From NCBI GenBank assembly GCA_016839765.1, contig JAEOTP010000043.1, positions 119,655 to 183,654 on the forward strand: a stretch of DNA of 64,000 bases. Direction: 5' to 3'. The notes below the pieces were generated by a model, which did not search any database, was not told where the DNA came from, and worked only from the letters and a program-made list of their open reading frames with translations. Shown piece by piece: positions 16,829 to 25,939 of the stretch (position 1 is its first letter; every line of letters starts with the position of its first letter). A program made the translations under genes and the position numbers. Source of the DNA: Promethearchaeota archaeon (GTDB lineage Archaea > Asgardarchaeota > Lokiarchaeia > Sigyniarchaeales > SOKP01).

Positions 16829-17936
16829 TCAAATTAGGCAAAATATTAAATCGATTTTGAAGAAGACTCTCGAATCAGAAGAAATTACTTCTCAAGAAGC
16901 TTTAGAACTTCTTAATGTGACAGGAAAAGAATTTAGAGCATTACAAGCTACGGCAGATGAAATTTGTTTTAAGAAAAAGCAGAATATTGTCACATTTGTA
17001 ATAAATAGGAATATAAATTTTACAAATATTTGCCAAAAAGGTTGTAAATTTTGTTCCTTCAGTGTTCCTATTGCAAGTAAAGAAGGGTTTTTATTAACCA
17101 TTGAGGAAGTAAGAAAGAAAGTTCAGGAAGCCCAAATTAATGGCTGTTCTGAAGTATGTATTCAAGGTGGCATACATCCTAAATTAAAATTTGATTTTTA
17201 TCTTGATATTTTAAAAACTGTAAAAAAAGTAAATCCAGAGATTCATATACACGCATTCTCACCTCAAGAAATATATTATATGTCTAAATTATCAGGCAAT
17301 AACATTGAAGATACTCTAAAAATTTTGAAAAAATCAGGTTTAGATTCAATACCGGGTACTGCTGCTGAAATTTTGGTTGATAAAATAAGAAAAATTATAT
17401 GTCCAAATAAAGTAAGCACATCTGAATGGATTAACATCATATCTATAGCTCATAACTTAGGAATACCCACCACATCAACAATTATGTATGGACATATTGA
17501 AGAGTTGGAAGACAGAATTAAACATTTAGAAATTATAAGAAATATTCAGAAAGAGACCCATGGGTTTACTGAATTTGTGCCTTTACCTTTTGTTAAAGAA
17601 AAACCAATGTTAGCTAGATTAAAAGATTTTCCATTACGATTGAGTTATGGAATGGCAGACTTGAAATTATTTTGTGTAGCAAGATTGTTTTTTAATAATT
17701 ATATTGATAATTTACAATGTTCGTGGGTAAAATTAGGACCAAAATTCGCACAAGTATCTCTTAATTATGGAGTCAATGACTTTTCAGGAACATTAATGGA
17801 AGAGAATATCTCAAAGAGTGCTGGTGCTGAATTTGGAGAATATTTATCACCAGATGAAATCATTAAAATCATAAAAAGTGCTGGGAAACGACCAGCTCAA
17901 AGAAATACGTTATATAATATTGTAAAATATTTTTAG
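16812..17936 (+). CDS. cofH: FO synthase subunit 2
   Basis: NRNINFTNICQKGCKFC, PGTAAEIL, GFTEFVPLPF, SWVKLG, GTLMEENIS. Confidence 0.93.
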   Translation: MVQIYSQIRQNIKSILKKTLESEEITSQEALELLNVTGKEFRALQATADEICFKKKQNIVTFVINRNINFTNICQKGCKFCSFSVPIASKEGFLLTIEEVRKKVQEAQINGCSEVCIQGGIHPKLKFDFYLDILKTVKKVNPEIHIHAFSPQEIYYMSKLSGNNIEDTLKILKKSGLDSIPGTAAEILVDKIRKIICPNKVSTSEWINIISIAHNLGIPTTSTIMYGHIEELEDRIKHLEIIRNIQKETHGFTEFVPLPFVKEKPMLARLKDFPLRLSYGMADLKLFCVARLFFNNYIDNLQCSWVKLGPKFAQVSLNYGVNDFSGTLMEENISKSAGAEFGEYLSPDEIIKIIKSAGKRPAQRNTLYNIVKYF

Positions 17937-17955
17937 AGTCAGCGCTTCTGTTAAT

Positions 17956-19821
17956 TTAATAAGTTTCATGTGTTTGTAGATAGTTTAAAATATAACGTTG
18001 TGCAATTAAATCCGAGCTAACCTTACCTAAGACTTCACCATCTTTAACTACCGGCATTGCAGATATTTGAAATTGTTCTAATTCTCGAATAATATCTAAA
18101 ATTGCAAAATCAGGTGTGGCGCTAATTACTTCTTTCGTCATAATTTTATCAAGCGAAACATCTTGTATACCTTCAGCAGTAGATTTGGTAATATCCCAAT
18201 CAGTCATAACGCCTACAAGCTTACCTTCAGAGAGTACAGCAACTATTCCACTGTTTTTTTCAATCATTAATGATGCTGCTTCTTGCACACTACTATTTAC
18301 ATCAATAGTAGGTATTGGAACCATAATATCTTTAGCTGTTCTTTCACTTTCTTTTGCTGTTAGGCGTTGTAGACTTATATTTTCTGCTGCAACACAAGGA
18401 AGTATATCTGGGTTCCTTGATAATAAATCCACTAATTCAATCATATTACGGCTAACTACCTCTTTTCTATAACCCTCACCGGCTACTAAACGCTTTTTTG
18501 ATAATTCTTCAAATTCTTTAGCGTGATTAGCTAACCAATTTTCAACAGCCTTACGGTTTCCAAGATATTCTTCAGGTATTTGGAGATGATCAGGTGTTTT
18601 TATTAAATGTTCTTGGGCAGCATAGATTACTCCCCCAGAATTCACTAAGTAGTCATTTGCAATCATAACTCCTTTTTCACGATATACAATTTGTTCCATA
18701 CGTATTCGAGCAGATTTCCTATTTGGGTCAGGGGAATAAGTATTTGCGCCCTCAACTATTACTGACCAATTTCCCATTCTTTTTACTAGCATTGAAGGAG
18801 CTTCAGTTGGCCATACCCCCAAATAATTAAATACAGGAGCTGCAGGTATTAAACAAAAGCCATCTTCGAGTAATAAATTATTTGAATTTGTTGAGAATTT
18901 TGTAGGATGTTTATAACCTTCTAAAATAACATTACTCTGAAAATAGGAAGTAGTAACAAAACCCTCTTTCTTCCATAAATTATATAATTCTAATACTGGT
19001 AAACCGGATTCATTATATAAATACCCTTCTAAGTCGCTAATTCCTGTAATTTTAACTAAAGGAATTCTTTCTTTTAATATACGTGCAGCATGAGCACCAA
19101 CAGCACCAAAACCTTGAATTAAAATTGTGAGTTTTTCTAATTTTGGAATTTTCAAATTTGCGAATTGAGGTAGAACACGCAATCTAGGCATTATTTCTAA
19201 CAGTGTTTGTAGAGCAGTCACTACACCTCCAGCAGCAGCTCCAAGTTCATCAATACGATTTCCACCCATATCTGCTGGTTTTGATACGGCACTATCTAGT
19301 CCATTTTCAATCGCAATTGTTTTCATATCAGAATCATTAGTCCCTACATCAGGTCCAGGTACATATATATCCCTATAACGTTGGATTAAGCGTGCAAATC
19401 CTTTAATTGTCTCATCATGTTGTTCTTTTGAGATGTTTCTCTCTGCAACTATACCTGATTTTCCACCCCCATATGGAAGATTAGCTGCTGCATTTTTAAG
19501 AGTCATTCCACGAGCTAAATTGTAAATATCTGATGGTGTGATATCTGGGAGCATTCGAATTCCTCCCATAGAAGGGCTTCCCATGGCAAGAGAATCTACA
19601 ATTAAATATCCGCCAATTTCTAATGGAGATTTTTCGTCCCACATACAACTAACTAGTTTAGGACCAACTTTATCAGTAATAACTCCTAAACGTGAAAGAA
19701 GATGTACATCTAAATTACTAAATTCTAAATAACACCTTCCATTCTCTCTTTTAAGTCGAGTTTTAAGGGTAACTTCTGGGAGTCTTTCCTTGAGAAAAGC
19801 ATCCATATTTTTTGGAATCAT
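17956..19821 (-). CDS. Glu/Leu/Phe/Val dehydrogenase fused to a C-terminal CBS pair
   Basis: GGIRM, MTLKNA, GGGKSG, GPDVGT, QGFGAVG, EGAN, NSGGV; two CBS repeats at the C-terminus. Confidence 0.88.
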   Translation of the reverse strand: MIPKNMDAFLKERLPEVTLKTRLKRENGRCYLEFSNLDVHLLSRLGVITDKVGPKLVSCMWDEKSPLEIGGYLIVDSLAMGSPSMGGIRMLPDITPSDIYNLARGMTLKNAAANLPYGGGKSGIVAERNISKEQHDETIKGFARLIQRYRDIYVPGPDVGTNDSDMKTIAIENGLDSAVSKPADMGGNRIDELGAAAGGVVTALQTLLEIMPRLRVLPQFANLKIPKLEKLTILIQGFGAVGAHAARILKERIPLVKITGISDLEGYLYNESGLPVLELYNLWKKEGFVTTSYFQSNVILEGYKHPTKFSTNSNNLLLEDGFCLIPAAPVFNYLGVWPTEAPSMLVKRMGNWSVIVEGANTYSPDPNRKSARIRMEQIVYREKGVMIANDYLVNSGGVIYAAQEHLIKTPDHLQIPEEYLGNRKAVENWLANHAKEFEELSKKRLVAGEGYRKEVVSRNMIELVDLLSRNPDILPCVAAENISLQRLTAKESERTAKDIMVPIPTIDVNSSVQEAASLMIEKNSGIVAVLSEGKLVGVMTDWDITKSTAEGIQDVSLDKIMTKEVISATPDFAILDIIRELEQFQISAMPVVKDGEVLGKVSSDLIAQRYILNYLQTHETY

Positions 19822-19936
19822 AATCTAAATCCATTTAAAATATAGGTTATTATTGTTTAGGTATGTTAACTAATATGAGTCTTTCTAATTTAAAAGTGTC
19901 TCGTTTTAAATTTTAATAATAAATTGTATTTAAATT

Positions 19937-19993
19937 TGAAATATTAAATTAGTTTTTATTCAGGAGATGAAATATTAAATTAGTTTTTATTCA
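19937..19993. repeat. Perfect 26-bp direct repeat x2, spacer GGAGA
   Basis: TGAAATATTAAATTAGTTTTTATTCA at 19937-19962 and 19968-19993. Confidence 0.9.
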
Positions 19994-21561
19994 TCTTGAA
20001 TATAAGATTTACCCATAAGTAAGCAATTCTCTGCTTTATTTAGCTCTCTTCCTAAGTAATTTATATGATATAAATCTTCAGTTAGTTTAAATTGAATAAT
20101 TTTTTTACTTAACGCTTCTGCATCATCTCCTATAAAAATTTGATCTAATTTATGCTCATTAGAATAAAATAATACGTAAATTTTCTTAGCATAATGGTTA
20201 ATATATATCCTAAAATACCCATTTTTATCAGGATTATAATCTAGATTTAGTTTCTTTACAATAATAGCTTCCTCTTGATCAATTTTCGGTATTTTTTGGG
20301 ATTTCTTCTTTTTAGCTTTAAAAATGCTAATTCCTAAATTTATTGGAGGCATATTTTTATTTTTTGCCAAATAATTGAGCTTAATACAATCTTTTAACTC
20401 TCTTACACCTCCCATTAATTTAGTGCTATGTTCGACAGTAAAAACAACACCCATATCTAATTCAATTGCTATACTTGCCAAAAGACCATTAATACCAACA
20501 GAATCAATATCCATTAGCTCTACCACATTTGAAATTCCAAAAAACATCGGTAATTCGTATTTTATGTAATTTTCTTTAACCACTTTTTGTTTATATAAAA
20601 AATAGGTTTCCAAAGAATTGCACATTCCTGGAGAAATCGGCGTTTCTAATAATGGATCAGCAATTAATTTCTCGAAACCATGGTTATGAAGTTCGTCTAT
20701 CAAATCAAATAATTTTTTTACTCTTGTTTCCGGTTCTTTAGGGAAATAAGCTGCTTTAACGTTTGTGGGTAAAATCACTATTGGGATATCTTTAGGTAAA
20801 TTTAAACAAGTTTTATAATTTCCAGCATCAAGACTAAGAATCATATCGATGTCTTCATCAACTGCGGCAAAAATCTCATTTTTTTCCATTGAATCTATGC
20901 TAATTAAAACATTAAAATTTTTTCTGATAAGGTTAATAATTTCTTTAATTCTATTTGGATTAGGCTTATTCGAAACACAGCCAAGATCTATAATATCAGC
21001 ACCAGATTCTACATAGTGTTGCACTTTTTTAAGTATGTTTTTATCACTCCTCTCAGTACAGTTAACGATTTCAGCAATAACTGGGGGAGGCAAATTACGT
21101 CCTATTATTAGATCTGATTTTTCTTCATTAATGTAGAATGTATGATGAGATATATTATTTTTTGCTATTCCATATTGTTCTTTAATAATCTCTTGATATT
21201 CTTTTTCACCAGAAATCTCAAAAAGTTTATTAGCAGGGATTTTATTCGATAAATTGATATTTTGTAGGTTTTCAAAAATTACTGGTAATTCTGAGGCAAA
21301 TTCAGGACCTTTTCGTACTTTGAGGGAATATTTTCTTTCTAATGACGAACTTTCCCATTGTACAAACCCAGGAAGTAAAACTAGTTCATAATCAGAAATA
21401 GGGATTTCAGAGATAATTTGGTCTACCATCTCCTCTGATAGAAATGCTGAAATTGAAATCTGAGCTTTATAAACTTCAATTTCTAAATTCTTGATAGGTT
21501 GTACTATTTTTTTTATTAGAGGATAACTATTTAAACCGGTAATGATTAGAATTTTAGGAAT
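19987..21561 (-). CDS. Dihydropteroate synthase-like protein (MJ0107/Orf20 type, C-terminal DUF4346); start extended
   Basis: Upstream in-frame KILIITG...ISAFLS; AEIVN, GADIIDLG, ISIDS, NVVELMDIDSVGIN, YLGRELNKAE; first codon after the upstream in-frame stop is ATT at 21561. Confidence 0.8.
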   Translation of the reverse strand: MPKILIITGLNSYPLIKKIVQPIKNLEIEVYKAQISISAFLSEEMVDQIISEIPISDYELVLLPGFVQWESSSLERKYSLKVRKGPEFASELPVIFENLQNINLSNKIPANKLFEISGEKEYQEIIKEQYGIAKNNISHHTFYINEEKSDLIIGRNLPPPVIAEIVNCTERSDKNILKKVQHYVESGADIIDLGCVSNKPNPNRIKEIINLIRKNFNVLISIDSMEKNEIFAAVDEDIDMILSLDAGNYKTCLNLPKDIPIVILPTNVKAAYFPKEPETRVKKLFDLIDELHNHGFEKLIADPLLETPISPGMCNSLETYFLYKQKVVKENYIKYELPMFFGISNVVELMDIDSVGINGLLASIAIELDMGVVFTVEHSTKLMGGVRELKDCIKLNYLAKNKNMPPINLGISIFKAKKKKSQKIPKIDQEEAIIVKKLNLDYNPDKNGYFRIYINHYAKKIYVLFYSNEHKLDQIFIGDDAEALSKKIIQFKLTEDLYHINYLGRELNKAENCLLMGKSYIQDE

Positions 21562-22645
21562 TTAAATCACTTAATAATTTTTTTTTATCAAATGGAATAT
21601 AAATATCATCTAAAATTGAACCCGTCGCTTCTTTTATTTTTAAATTGTCTATTATTGGTTTAAACCTTCCTCCTAACAATCCATTCGCTATGAAAGCAGC
21701 GCCTTGAGCAGCATGTTTTGATAAGAGACTATATGATTTCATCAGTTTTACAGGGGCAATATCATTTAGATTTACTAAAATCTTTTCTCTTAAATATTTC
21801 AAATCAGCTCCTCTCCCTGCAATAAGTATTTCTTTTATCTTCTGTTTTTCAGAAAACGAGGAAGATATCGCATATACTGCTTTCTTAACACTAGAAATGT
21901 ATGCATTCAGAGCAATATTGGTCTGTTCATCTCTTTGAGCCAATAAAGCAATTTCTTTTAAACTTAGATCTTCATATCCAGCAATATATGATACTCCACC
22001 TTTGTAAATATTCTTCTTTTTAATTGTTTTAATAAGATAAGCCAGTTCTCCATCAAGACTACCACATGCTCTAAATCCCATAATATTAGACCCCCCAATA
22101 CCATCAATTATTTGCCCATTTTCAATTGCTAAAACTGCAGTAAACCCATAACCTATCTCAACCATAATAAAATTAGTTTTTTCAGGACCAATATTTAATC
22201 TTTCCATTTGATCCCTAATTCCTGTAACTGTAGAACATAGCTTATCAGCTGTACCCATATCTATTTTATTGATTTTTCTATATCGTGGAATGGTGGGTAA
22301 ATGCTTGACGCCAGGAACAATTACTCCAGGTATTTTTTCAGATTTTATTAAGCGTAGGACTTCACCTAAACCTATTAATTTATTTTTTTCTTCTTTATTA
22401 AATTTTAAAAGAGTAAAAAAAATGTCTTTTTCAGTCAATTCATCGACTTTTTTGAGAGGAAGGCCAAATCCACTAGGAGCGACCATCAAATCAATATTTT
22501 GAATAGATTTAATGATAGAAATAGCTTTATTTGGTTCTTTTATTAATTCTTTTGAAGGAATAGAAGCATCTAATATAATTTCATCGCTATCTAATCCAAA
22601 AAAATCCCAACTAAGAGAGCCAGGATCTATGCCTAGGACTTTCAT
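21554..22645 (-). CDS. DUF1464 family protein (ASKHA / butyrate-kinase-like)
   Basis: MKVLGIDPGSLSWD, APSGFGLP, NKIDMGTADK, DGIGG, LDGELAY; likely ATG at 22645. Confidence 0.8.
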   Translation of the reverse strand: MKVLGIDPGSLSWDFFGLDSDEIILDASIPSKELIKEPNKAISIIKSIQNIDLMVAPSGFGLPLKKVDELTEKDIFFTLLKFNKEEKNKLIGLGEVLRLIKSEKIPGVIVPGVKHLPTIPRYRKINKIDMGTADKLCSTVTGIRDQMERLNIGPEKTNFIMVEIGYGFTAVLAIENGQIIDGIGGSNIMGFRACGSLDGELAYLIKTIKKKNIYKGGVSYIAGYEDLSLKEIALLAQRDEQTNIALNAYISSVKKAVYAISSSFSEKQKIKEILIAGRGADLKYLREKILVNLNDIAPVKLMKSYSLLSKHAAQGAAFIANGLLGGRFKPIIDNLKIKEATGSILDDIYIPFDKKKLLSDLNS

Positions 22646-22879
22646 CTTGAGCTGAGATATAGATCTTCTCATTCTATTAAAATCAGATATTTTTGAAATT
22701 ATCTATATATGAAAGTATAACAATTCTTTTTATATTTATTAGTTTAAAACTATTGCTTAAGAAATCATTATAACTTAGTCACCAAATATTAAATATCTCA
22801 AAAGTTTTGTTTCTTAAAATTTAAATTAAATCTTAGAATTTCTAAAATTACTAATAAATTAAATTAAAACTATAAATTT

Positions 22880-23425
22880 ATGGTGGAAAAAATTACTATT
22901 GTAAATGTGTTTGTCTGTAAAATTTGTGGAGAAGCTTATATTGGGGATAAAGCTCCAAGTCGTTGTCCCTTTTGTGGAGCTTATAAAAAATATTTGGTCA
23001 AAGGGAAAGATTATAATGATACTGGTGATTGGGATGTTGAACTTAATGGTAAGGATCGAGCTAATGCTGAAAGGGCTTTAGAAGTCGAGGTGTCTAATAC
23101 AATTTTCTATAAATGTGCAAGTAAAAAGACTCCAAAACTAGAGGGTCAAAAGTTATTTAAAATCTTAGCAAAAGTAGAAAACGAACATGCTTCTGTCTGG
23201 AAAAAAATACTCAAATTAGATAAGGTGGAACTTCCTGAATATGATGCATGTGCTTCTGAATATAAACCTAATCTTGAAGAATCACATTCTCGAGAAGAGA
23301 GAGCAATAAAATTTTATAATCAAGCTGCATCAGAATCTTCAAATCCTCGTTTGAAAGAGATTTTTGAAGCATTTGTAGAAGTAGAAACGGATCATCTTAA
23401 TTTATCTGAACAGAGACTCAAATAA
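22880..23425 (+). CDS. Rubrerythrin-like protein (N-terminal rubredoxin knuckle plus ferritin-like domain)
   Basis: CKICG...CPFCG; ENEH and ETDH diiron motifs. Confidence 0.85.
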   Translation: MVEKITIVNVFVCKICGEAYIGDKAPSRCPFCGAYKKYLVKGKDYNDTGDWDVELNGKDRANAERALEVEVSNTIFYKCASKKTPKLEGQKLFKILAKVENEHASVWKKILKLDKVELPEYDACASEYKPNLEESHSREERAIKFYNQAASESSNPRLKEIFEAFVEVETDHLNLSEQRLK

Positions 23426-23447
23426 ATCTTTTTTCTTTTTTTTTTTA
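23426..23447 (+). terminator. Archaeal-type oligo-T terminator
   Basis: T-rich tract immediately after the rubrerythrin stop codon. Confidence 0.5.
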
Positions 23448-23528
23448 CTAATAATAAAATTCTATTTTAGAAAGTTTTTTAGCAATTCAGAACTTAAGAA
23501 TTTAGAGTTCATTTTTCAAGTTGATTTT

Positions 23529-24239
23529 ATGGAAGTAAATTTTCAAGAACTTGGATTTAAAAAAGGTTATTTATATGAAATATTAGCTACTACCTTTTCA
23601 ATTAAAAGAAATGAACTTATCCCAAATACGTCGTGTATGGGAATTAGAATAAGGGACAATAATGAAATAAGCATTGAACCTTATCCTAATACGAATACTT
23701 ATAAAAATTTAAAACAAAATTCTCTGATTTGTATTAATTTTGTAGAAAGCATATTTTTATATGCTTTAGCAGCACTGAAGGGACTACATCTCTCTGAAAA
23801 ATATAGAATTTTCCCTATAGAATATTATAATTATTATGACATTAGAGAGTATAATAAATCAATAAGTAAGATTCCATACATTAATCAAGCGTGGGCAATA
23901 TTATTTTGCGAAATTAAAAAAGAATCACAATTAACTAGGAAAGATATTTTTGGAGAAATTAATCTTTCCGAATTTATATTAAATATTCTATCACTGGTAA
24001 AAATTAAAGAATCATATAAACTCTTTAATAGAGCTGAAAATTTAACTTTAGAAACATTAATTTTGACCACAAGGTTGAAGATTGCCTTTGAAACATATAA
24101 TAGTGATTTAATTACATATTTTCAAGGTAAGATTGAAGAAAATGTTAAGAATATAAGACGGTTTGGTAAAAATCAAGATGCACTTAAAGCTATAGAACTT
24201 ATAGAAGAATATATTCGTGAGTTAAAATCATCTATTTAA
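23529..24239 (+). CDS. DUF447 family protein
   Basis: YEILATT, PNTSCMGI, TNTYKNL, FNRAENLTLE. Confidence 0.7.
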   Translation: MEVNFQELGFKKGYLYEILATTFSIKRNELIPNTSCMGIRIRDNNEISIEPYPNTNTYKNLKQNSLICINFVESIFLYALAALKGLHLSEKYRIFPIEYYNYYDIREYNKSISKIPYINQAWAILFCEIKKESQLTRKDIFGEINLSEFILNILSLVKIKESYKLFNRAENLTLETLILTTRLKIAFETYNSDLITYFQGKIEENVKNIRRFGKNQDALKAIELIEEYIRELKSSI

Positions 24240-24622
24240 GTAATTTTTTCAATATACATTAATGGATATTCAAGTTTTTCTATCCACTCTACTTTCGCTA
24301 GAACTTTTACTGATTTATATTCAACTTCGATCGCTGCTTTAATTATTTTACCTGATATTTCATCATATGCAAATTCAGTTGATTTATCTCCTATTATTTT
24401 ATTTTGATCAAGTTTTATTTTAACACTTTTAACATAAGGTTGGCAAGATATAGAAGCTTCAATTCCTCTCTCAATAGAATTAATAGTCTCTTTATTTGAA
24501 GATATAGGAAGCCCACATAATATATGATAAAGTGCACCTAATTTTATTCCTATTTCAAAACAAGCTCTTTCTCTTTCAGAGAGATCAGATGAAAATAAGT
24601 TTTCATGATTATTTATTGACAT
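24236..24622 (-). CDS. mptD: Archaeal dihydroneopterin aldolase
   Basis: ERACFEIGIKLGALYH..G.P, QPYV, LEYPLMYI. Confidence 0.88.
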   Translation of the reverse strand: MSINNHENLFSSDLSERERACFEIGIKLGALYHILCGLPISSNKETINSIERGIEASISCQPYVKSVKIKLDQNKIIGDKSTEFAYDEISGKIIKAAIEVEYKSVKVLAKVEWIEKLEYPLMYIEKIT

Positions 24623-25635
24623 TAATCATCATCTAAATATTCAATTTTAGCTCCACAGTTATTAGGTTTACAAATATATATATGTCCTCCTGTTCCTTTC
24701 AATCGTATTTGAACTTCTTTTAATAAATTATTGGCTTCAGAGTCAGATTCTGTAATTCCTATTACGCTAGGCCCAAAAGACGACATACCATAAGCTTTCA
24801 ATCCATATTCTTCGAAAAAATTCAAAATATCTTTTACAATATTGTGTTGTAGACTTATTTCAATTTTTTTAAAACCTATATTCTGAATTCTTTTTATGCC
24901 TTCCCCAAAACATTCTAAATCCTGTTTTATTATTCCAGGGATAACTTTCATTAAAATTTGATGAGAGACTTCATTTACTTCTTCTTTCGGAATTGGAGCA
25001 TAATTTTGAAATATACTTATCTCCTCATCTCCATATGCTCCTTTTCCTATATTTGGGATAACAAGCACAAATCTCCAATTTTCTGGGATAGAATATCTAA
25101 TAATTGTCAGCGCAGGATCAGCACTTTTTGAGGCTGAAGAAGGTAAAAAAGTTTCTTTTTCTTTTCCCTTTCCAAAATCATGTCCCGCATCTAAAATAAA
25201 GCCTCCTTTATCAAAACCACGCCACCCAATTCCAGATGTTCCCCCTCTTTCTACAATTTTAGTTAATTCTTTTAGCGATATCTGATTAATATTTTTCAAT
25301 CGAGTTATGGCAGTAGCAATTGCTAAAGATAATTGGGTTTTTGAACCTAAACCTACATGACTAGGATAATATCTTTTTAGATGGAAATGAAAATTTTTAT
25401 TACTAATATTAAATAGCTTAAATACTTTTGAGGCTTTCTCATTGATAACCTCTATTGATTCTCGATAATACTTATGGGCTTCTATTTTAAATTCTTTGGC
25501 ATTATTAGTTGCTTCAAAGACGACATTAGGGCGATCTAACATTAGGCCAATTCCCCCATCTACTCTACCAGTGTAACCGTTTTCATCTATCAGTGAAAGG
25601 TGTATCCTACATGGAGCAGTTATTCTAATTTTCAT
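24622..25635 (-). CDS. mptG: Beta-ribofuranosylaminobenzene 5'-phosphate (RFAP) synthase
   Basis: RIHLSLID..G..GRVDGGIG, HVGLGSKTQ, RGGTSGIG, GMSSFGP. Confidence 0.9.
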   Translation of the reverse strand: MKIRITAPCRIHLSLIDENGYTGRVDGGIGLMLDRPNVVFEATNNAKEFKIEAHKYYRESIEVINEKASKVFKLFNISNKNFHFHLKRYYPSHVGLGSKTQLSLAIATAITRLKNINQISLKELTKIVERGGTSGIGWRGFDKGGFILDAGHDFGKGKEKETFLPSSASKSADPALTIIRYSIPENWRFVLVIPNIGKGAYGDEEISIFQNYAPIPKEEVNEVSHQILMKVIPGIIKQDLECFGEGIKRIQNIGFKKIEISLQHNIVKDILNFFEEYGLKAYGMSSFGPSVIGITESDSEANNLLKEVQIRLKGTGGHIYICKPNNCGAKIEYLDDD

Positions 25636-25747
25636 GATTAATTATTTAAAATTTAGAACTATGAATTAGAATTTTCAAAAAAATATAAATATAGCATAAT
25701 GATTAAGATTCAGATAAGATTTATTTATCCTTAGAAAAAGGAAATTA

Positions 25748-25870
25748 GCAGACCAAACAATTAAGGAACAAGCTCTTTCTATTGGAGTAGAAAGTTTTAA
25801 AGAGAAACCCTTTACCCTAAAAAGATTATTTAATAATATTGAAAAAGTAATCAATACAATTAATGTTTAA
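25748..25870 (+). pseudogene. Remnant of the C-terminal half of a CheY-like receiver domain
   Basis: ADQTIKEQALSIGVESFKEKPFTLKRLFNNIEKVI; in-frame TAA at 25715 upstream, no ATG/GTG/TTG, phospho-acceptor half missing. Confidence 0.6.
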
Positions 25871-25939
25871 TGTATCTTTTCATAATATTGTTATTTTATG
25901 TATTTTTTTTTATTGAACTAATTTCTTAATAGAATATAT

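Noticed and set aside
19937-19993. Mini-CRISPR array
   Set aside because: Only two units, a 5-bp spacer and no cas genes
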